Shown here: positions 34,873-40,028 of the stretch, one piece after another
Layout: each line of letters starts with the position of its first letter
Position numbering within the stretch: the first letter of the stretch is position 1
Source: Patescibacteria group bacterium
GTDB taxonomy: Bacteria > Patescibacteriota > Microgenomatia > Daviesbacterales > UBA10151
Direction of reading: 5' to 3'
Length of the DNA stretch: 40,028 bases
Assembly: GCA_018816815.1 (NCBI GenBank)
Contig: JAHIVD010000019.1
Span: 1 to 40,028, forward strand
Position numbers and translations under genes: made by a program
The notes under the pieces: generated by a model
The model's input: only the letters and a program-made list of their open reading frames with translations
Databases searched by the model: none
Told to the model about the DNA's origin: nothing

Positions 34873-35100
34873 TTAACTTGCTGCAAGTAATTTTGCCCTT
34901 GCCTGCTTAGCTTCTGCTTTCGCCTTAAGCATGGCCTCTGTTTTAGCTTTTCTTTCAGCAATACCTTTATCAACAATCTTTTGGCATTCTGAATCAGGGC
35001 AAACTGTTTTAGTATAAGTTATACTGGAAACACCCATCTTACCAACCCAGGTTTTACCATCTATCCGTTGCTTGCCACATTTAACACAAGGGTTGCTCAT
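34873..35100 (-). CDS. Small zinc-ribbon protein with a Lys/Ala-rich helical tail
   Basis: CVKC...CPDSEC gives four Cys in a CxxC...CxxxC arrangement. Confidence 0.5.
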   Translation of the reverse strand: MSNPCVKCGKQRIDGKTWVGKMGVSSITYTKTVCPDSECQKIVDKGIAERKAKTEAMLKAKAEAKQARAKLLAAS

Positions 35101-35153
35101 TTAGGATGCAGTATAACAGAATACAGTCTATAAATCAAACCGGATTTGTCAGG

Positions 35154-36440
35154 TTATTTTTTAAAAATATGTTTTTCCTTTGATTCCTGCTTTTGCCATT
35201 TAGGGTTTTGTCTGGTAGCAACTTCTATTTTATGAGCGGCAATTTCTGCTTTTTCTTTGGCTCTTTGAACATCCGCATCTGTTGCCAAAACAACTCCCAG
35301 GCGTCTATTGATATGTGCTCCATTTTTACCAAACAGCAAAACTGTTACCCCCTCTTCTTTGAGCGCCTTTGACAGATTATTGTAACCAGGATCAAATCCT
35401 TCTACCGGAGCAAGAATGACATGGGATGCAGCAGGAGTAATAATGGGCACAACATCAAAACCGAAACGCTTCACTGTCGGAATCGGCAAACCAGTAACAG
35501 CACGGACATGCAGAGCGGCCTGCGAAAAACCAAATTGGTGAGAAACAAAAGTAACCATACCAGTATCATGCGGCCGAGCGCTACACTCGTTGGCCCAAAC
35601 ATAATCACCTTTGACAAACAATTCACAACCAAAAACTCCTACTCCACCCAACGAATCAGTGATTTTTTTGGCAACCTCATATACCTTCTTTTCTGCTTTT
35701 TCACTTATTTCTGCCGTCTGCCAGCTTGAATGATAATCCCCTCCTCCTGTTTGATATTGCCCCACAGGTAAACAAAATGAAGTTTTAATCTTCCCGTTCT
35801 CCCAGTGTCTGATTACCAATTCTGTCACCTCTAAATCAAAATCAATATTTTTCTCAACTATTAATTTATCAGCTGATCCCCGGGCTTCCAGATGGGCTTT
35901 CTCATATGCTTTCTCGATATCCTTTTCACTTTTTACTTTACTTGAACCACTGCCGGAAGAATCCTGAATAGCCTTAACCCAACAAGGAAATCCAACTTTT
36001 TTGCAGGCTTTCTTTAACTCCTTCAAAGAAGTGGCGTAAACATATTCTGAAACCGGTGCACCAGTTCTTACAATCATCTCGCGGATCCGCTCACGCTGCA
36101 TTGCTGTATAAGTAGCTTTAGCGTTAGGAATAATATTAAATCCTTCTTTCTCCAAATCGAATAAGAGATCCAGGTTAATAGCCTCAATTTCCGGCACAAT
36201 ATAATCTGGCCGCTCCTTTTCAATCACGCTTCGCAAGAAATCTGCATCTTTTAAGTTTCCAGTATAAGCACAATGTGCTACCTGCTGACCAGGAGCTCCT
36301 TCGTAACGGTCAACAGCAATAGTGAAAAAACCAAGGCGCGTGGCTTCAATAATCACTTCTTTGCCAAGCTCCCCGGCACCCAGTAGCATTATTTTTGTGG
36401 CTTTTGCAGATAAAGGTGAAAAAAGAATATTCCGCTTCAT
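35154..36440 (-). CDS. purT: PurT-like ATP-grasp enzyme (formate-dependent GAR transformylase family)
   Basis: KIMLLGAGELGKEVIIEATRLGFFTIAVDRYEGAPGQQVAH closely parallels the PurT N-terminus. An ATP-grasp core is present, plus about 35 extra C-terminal residues. Confidence 0.8.
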   Translation of the reverse strand: MKRNILFSPLSAKATKIMLLGAGELGKEVIIEATRLGFFTIAVDRYEGAPGQQVAHCAYTGNLKDADFLRSVIEKERPDYIVPEIEAINLDLLFDLEKEGFNIIPNAKATYTAMQRERIREMIVRTGAPVSEYVYATSLKELKKACKKVGFPCWVKAIQDSSGSGSSKVKSEKDIEKAYEKAHLEARGSADKLIVEKNIDFDLEVTELVIRHWENGKIKTSFCLPVGQYQTGGGDYHSSWQTAEISEKAEKKVYEVAKKITDSLGGVGVFGCELFVKGDYVWANECSARPHDTGMVTFVSHQFGFSQAALHVRAVTGLPIPTVKRFGFDVVPIITPAASHVILAPVEGFDPGYNNLSKALKEEGVTVLLFGKNGAHINRRLGVVLATDADVQRAKEKAEIAAHKIEVATRQNPKWQKQESKEKHIFKK

Positions 36441-36538
36441 GAAATAGTTAGGACAGAATATAAAATATCATAAAGACTTAATTTAAAATTTGCAATACAC
36501 TAATTTAAACGCTATTCTTCGAACGAATGCGGAAAAAC

Positions 36539-36612
36539 CAAGCTTTTGCTTAATACGAGTTAACAAACATCAAGCTTTTACTTTAGATCGTTAGATCACA
36601 AGCTTTGCTTGC
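36539..36612. repeat. Three direct copies of CAAGCTTT(T)NCTT, spaced about 30 nt apart, between the purT-like start and the ATPase stop
   Basis: CAAGCTTTTGCTT at 36539, CAAGCTTTTACTT at 36571 and CAAGCTTTGCTTGC at 36599. Each contains the palindrome AAGCTT. Confidence 0.3.
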
Positions 36613-36685
36613 TTTGTCAATTTATTTTTATCAATTTATCATGAATCAAAAATAGAACAAATTCTCACTTCAAGTAAGTAAAGAT

Positions 36686-39259
36686 TTAATATATCAACTC
36701 TTTTAGCCGTCCCAATACAGCTGTATTCCTAAATAATTTTAATATCTCAAACCAAGCCAGGCTGATAATCACAACCAAGGCAATAAGGAAAAAGTCATTT
36801 AAGCGAAGGGGTGTTAAATGGAATAAACTTGAGAAGAATGGAATATTCAAAACAACAAAAAGGCAAAACAAAGCACCGGCAAAAACCATAAACAATGTTT
36901 TGTTGGCCGACAGGAGTATCTGATGGATATTTTTATTCCATGAAAGGTTAACAATAATAAGCAGCAAGTTAGCTAAAACCAGTGCTGCAAACGCAAAGGA
37001 ACGAGCTTCAAGTTCACCTTTGCCGGATTTAATTGTAAAGATAAACAAGACAAAAATGGCTAACAAAATACCCAGTCCCTGCAACATGCTGATTACTACT
37101 GTCTTCCGGTTAAACATAGGCTGGTGGAGATTTCTTGGCAACCTTTTCATTATTTTTGGATCTTCTTTTTCTGATTCAAAAACAATTGAGCAGGCCGGAT
37201 CAATAATTAACTCCAAAAAAGCTATGTGAGCGGGAAGAAGGACCACCGGAAAATCGAAAAAAAGAGGAAGCAACGACATTCCGGCAATAGGAACATGGAC
37301 AGCCAGAATATATCCCATGGCTCTTTTTAAGTTATCAAAAATTCTTCTGCCTAAGCGCACAGCTGCTACGATTGAGGAAAAATCATCGTTCAGCAACACA
37401 AGAGACGCTGCCTCCCGGGCCACATCCGTACCTCTTTCGCCCATGGCAATTCCAATATGGGCGGATTTTAAAGCCGGCGCATCATTTACGCCGTCACCTG
37501 TCATGGCTACGATTTCACCATTTGCTTTCAAAGCATTAACTATTGCCAATTTTTGTTCCGGCATGACCCTGGCGAAGATATTGATGGTTTTAATCTTCTC
37601 CCTGAGTTCAGGAAGGTCCATCTTTTTCAGCTTTTCACCTGTTATATAATGTTCCGGATTTTTAATACCGATTTTTCTAGCAATATATTGGGCTGTTCCG
37701 GGATAATCACCGGTTATCATTATTACTCTTATGCCGGCATCGTATGCTTCTTTTACGGCACCAGGCGCTGTTGAACGGGCGGGATCGATAAATCCAAAAA
37801 GTCCGACAAATTTAAAGGCAAAATCATGTTGGTTTTTTGGCAGTTTATTTTTAGAAAATACTGCCCTGGCTCCTCCCAACACCCGTAAACCTTTTTCAGA
37901 CATATCCTTAACTCTGCTTAGAATTTCCGTCCTTTCGTTAGCGCCCAGATGACATAAGTTTAAAATTGCCTCAGGAGCGCCTTTGGAAGCGATGATAAAA
38001 TCCTTTTTATCCGGCGATTGCCAAACATGGGAAAGCGCCAACAGTTCTTTAGATAAAGGATACTCTTTCGTTAAACTCCAGTCACTGTGCAGATGTTGGG
38101 TGTTTTTAAGATACAAATCTCCCGTTTCGTTAAGCTCTTTTTCAATGGGGTCAAAGGGATTTTTTTGGCTTGCCAAAATTCCAAACTCTAATAAATTATG
38201 AAATTTTTCCGGTAAATTGGTCGAGGCAAAATCGCTTAATTCGTAAAACGATCCTTGCGTATATAAACTGGATAACTCCATCTTGTTTAGCGTTAATGTT
38301 CCGGTTTTGTCGGTACACAAAACAGTAGCTGCTCCAAGCGTTTCTATAGCCGCAGAACGTCTGGTCAGCACTTTCCTTTTGGAAATCCGCCAAGCTCCCA
38401 AGGTCAAAAATATTAAAAGCACTACCGGAAATTCCTCAGGCAACATAGCCATACTTAATGTCAATCCCGCTAAAAATCCCTGGACAATATTTCCTTTAAT
38501 AAAAGCGTAGGCCAAAACTACCAATCCACAAAGCAAAATACCAATTATTGCCACGAAACGGACTATTTTTGCAATTTCTTTATGCAAAAGCGTATCTTCA
38601 TCTTTAATTGTTTCCAAGCTTTTACCGATTTTCCCTATCTCCGTTTGAAAACCAGTTAAAAAAACTTTAGCAATACCCCGGCCGCTTACTACCATCGAAC
38701 CTGAATAAACAAACGGCAAATCATCTCCGCCCGGCCTTTGCTGTTCAGATTTCCCATCCCATTCCAATTTTCTAACAGGCATTGACTCGCCGGTAAGAAG
38801 GGATTCATCAACTGAAAGATTTTCGCAGGACAAAACTACCGCATCAGCCGGAATCCTGTCCCCTTCGCGGATAATAATAATGTCGCCCTTTACCACTTCA
38901 CGGCCGGGAATTCTGATTTGTTTACCGCTCCTTATAACCAATACCCTAGGGCTGGATAAATTTCTTAGAGCTTCAAGTGTTTTTTCGGTTTTTCTCTCCT
39001 GATAAAAAGTAATACTAATGACTGCAAATACAAAAGACGAAAGCATTAAGGCATCTTTAGCTTCGCCCATAAAAAAATACAATGCACCGCATCCAATTAG
39101 AAGAAGGAGCATTGGTTCGGAAAGAACTCGAAGTAAAATAGAAAAGCTGCTTTGTTTTTTTTGAGCAGGTAACTCATTGTAACCGTCAGTTTTCAGTTTT
39201 TTTAGTACTTCACTTTCTGAAAGACCGGAGATAGAGTTCATATTCAATAGCGTATCCAT
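36686..39259 (-). CDS. Cation-transporting P-type ATPase (P2-like; substrate uncertain)
   Basis: CTDKTGTLT phosphorylation site, TGES-like actuator motif (TGESMP), MITGDYPGTA, GDGVNDAPALK and 10 predicted TM helices. Confidence 0.93.
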   Translation of the reverse strand: MDTLLNMNSISGLSESEVLKKLKTDGYNELPAQKKQSSFSILLRVLSEPMLLLLIGCGALYFFMGEAKDALMLSSFVFAVISITFYQERKTEKTLEALRNLSSPRVLVIRSGKQIRIPGREVVKGDIIIIREGDRIPADAVVLSCENLSVDESLLTGESMPVRKLEWDGKSEQQRPGGDDLPFVYSGSMVVSGRGIAKVFLTGFQTEIGKIGKSLETIKDEDTLLHKEIAKIVRFVAIIGILLCGLVVLAYAFIKGNIVQGFLAGLTLSMAMLPEEFPVVLLIFLTLGAWRISKRKVLTRRSAAIETLGAATVLCTDKTGTLTLNKMELSSLYTQGSFYELSDFASTNLPEKFHNLLEFGILASQKNPFDPIEKELNETGDLYLKNTQHLHSDWSLTKEYPLSKELLALSHVWQSPDKKDFIIASKGAPEAILNLCHLGANERTEILSRVKDMSEKGLRVLGGARAVFSKNKLPKNQHDFAFKFVGLFGFIDPARSTAPGAVKEAYDAGIRVIMITGDYPGTAQYIARKIGIKNPEHYITGEKLKKMDLPELREKIKTINIFARVMPEQKLAIVNALKANGEIVAMTGDGVNDAPALKSAHIGIAMGERGTDVAREAASLVLLNDDFSSIVAAVRLGRRIFDNLKRAMGYILAVHVPIAGMSLLPLFFDFPVVLLPAHIAFLELIIDPACSIVFESEKEDPKIMKRLPRNLHQPMFNRKTVVISMLQGLGILLAIFVLFIFTIKSGKGELEARSFAFAALVLANLLLIIVNLSWNKNIHQILLSANKTLFMVFAGALFCLFVVLNIPFFSSLFHLTPLRLNDFFLIALVVIISLAWFEILKLFRNTAVLGRLKELIY

Positions 39260-39419
39260 CTATATATAATACATCAAAAATTTAGCCAGATCAGGTATAA
39301 TACAACAGTAGAAAACTCCATCCTCCAGGCTATAGCTGTAAGTCATATCGAACAGCGAATTAGCTTCCCCGGAAACAATAAGAGGTGCATATCCGTAATC
39401 TTTAGATACTAGATACGCT

Positions 39420-40028
39420 TTACCTGTAAAACAGTCTAACAAGCCAGCCAAAAAGACTGCCCGCTTGCTCTTCTGCTTGAATCTGGTCTGCTAAAACCGT
39501 GTTTTGCTCTATCAGAACCTGCACAGCCTCTTCTATTTGAATTTGGTCAGCTTGATTAACTATTTGAGTCTGTAACTGCTCAAGCTGTTGAATTCTTAAC
39601 TGATTCTGTTCCCTTTGTTGTTTTAGGTTTTTAATTACCTGATAGTCGGAACCAAAAAGCTTTTTCATTAAGCCTGATTTTGATTCAAGTTTGTTTAACT
39701 GAGTTTGGATCTGGGTTTGAGTTTGGGCTTGTTCTTGCGCAATGGTTTTCACCTTGTTACCAACCTCTTCACTCAAACCTTCCATATCCATCAACTGCTC
39801 CATATGTTGTGTAGCCACTTGCAGTTGAGTTTCTTCTCCCTGGTTTTGAGTTTTAACCTGGTTCTGATTCTGAACCTGATTACCTTGAGGAGCAATAACT
39901 GTTTCTTCGTCTTCAATTAAGACTTCCTGTGTGTTATCCCGGCTTGCACCCTGACCTTGTTGTTTTCCCTGAGCCAAAACAATAGTTGGCAAAACGAACA
40001 AAGAAATAACAATTAATGAGAACGATAA
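39420..40028 (-). CDS. Gln-rich coiled-coil secreted protein, 5' end truncated by the window edge
   Basis: The frame stays open to nt 40028 (LSFSLIVISLFVLPTIVLAQG looks like a signal peptide). The mature part is Q/E-rich low complexity (QTQTQIQTQ). Confidence 0.55.
   Translation of the reverse strand, partial: LSFSLIVISLFVLPTIVLAQGKQQGQGASRDNTQEVLIEDEETVIAPQGNQVQNQNQVKTQNQGEETQLQVATQHMEQLMDMEGLSEEVGNKVKTIAQEQAQTQTQIQTQLNKLESKSGLMKKLFGSDYQVIKNLKQQREQNQLRIQQLEQLQTQIVNQADQIQIEEAVQVLIEQNTVLADQIQAEEQAGSLFGWLVRLFYR

Noticed and set aside
39260-39451. 63-aa minus-strand ORF immediately upstream of the P-type ATPase
   Set aside because: It overlaps the 3' end of the Gln-rich gene by 32 nt, has no recognisable features and has an odd composition. 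It cannot be excluded as a small leader protein, but there is no support for it.

Overview
40 kb of low-GC, gene-dense bacterial DNA, mostly coded on the minus strand. The gene content suggests a reduced-genome CPR/Patescibacteria-like organism: Lys-rich small proteins, a DUF5667-like secreted protein, a membrane-anchored TraD/VirD4-like ATPase, and isolated housekeeping genes with little biosynthesis. This assignment is an inference I cannot verify here. Housekeeping genes present are polA, ftsH, trpS, lysS, trxB, a xerC/D-like recombinase, a purT-like ATP-grasp enzyme, a P-type ATPase, an ftsB/divIC-like gene, envelope genes (GT4, UbiA, two PAP2, nucleotidyltransferases) and three tRNAs. Main observations: (1) ftsH is interrupted by a 449-codon intein carrying a LAGLIDADG homing-endonuclease domain. 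(2) One tRNA(CAU) gene is split by a 188-nt group I intron in the anticodon loop. (3) A tRNA-Ile(UAU) lies near two CAU tRNAs, and their near-consensus promoters place the transcription start at or next to the mature 5' ends. (4) An operon encodes a GNAT-like protein, an HDAC/acetylpolyamine-amidohydrolase-like deacetylase and an aspartokinase lacking ACT domains. It has a terminator/antiterminator leader and a duplicated terminator-plus-start-codon module. (5) An Arg-rich block of foreign-looking composition contains lysS translationally coupled to an unknown ORF, with transposase remnants nearby. (6) A plus-strand operon encodes a secreted protein with 30 Cys. (7) A full-length IS200/RAYT-like tnpA is inactivated by two nonsense codons and flanked by inverted hairpins. 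(8) The ftsH 3' end is duplicated around a small insert. (9) Two type II toxin-antitoxin pairs are present. No CRISPR array or rRNA was seen. All RNA and motif coordinates were derived by hand and may be off by 1-2 nt.
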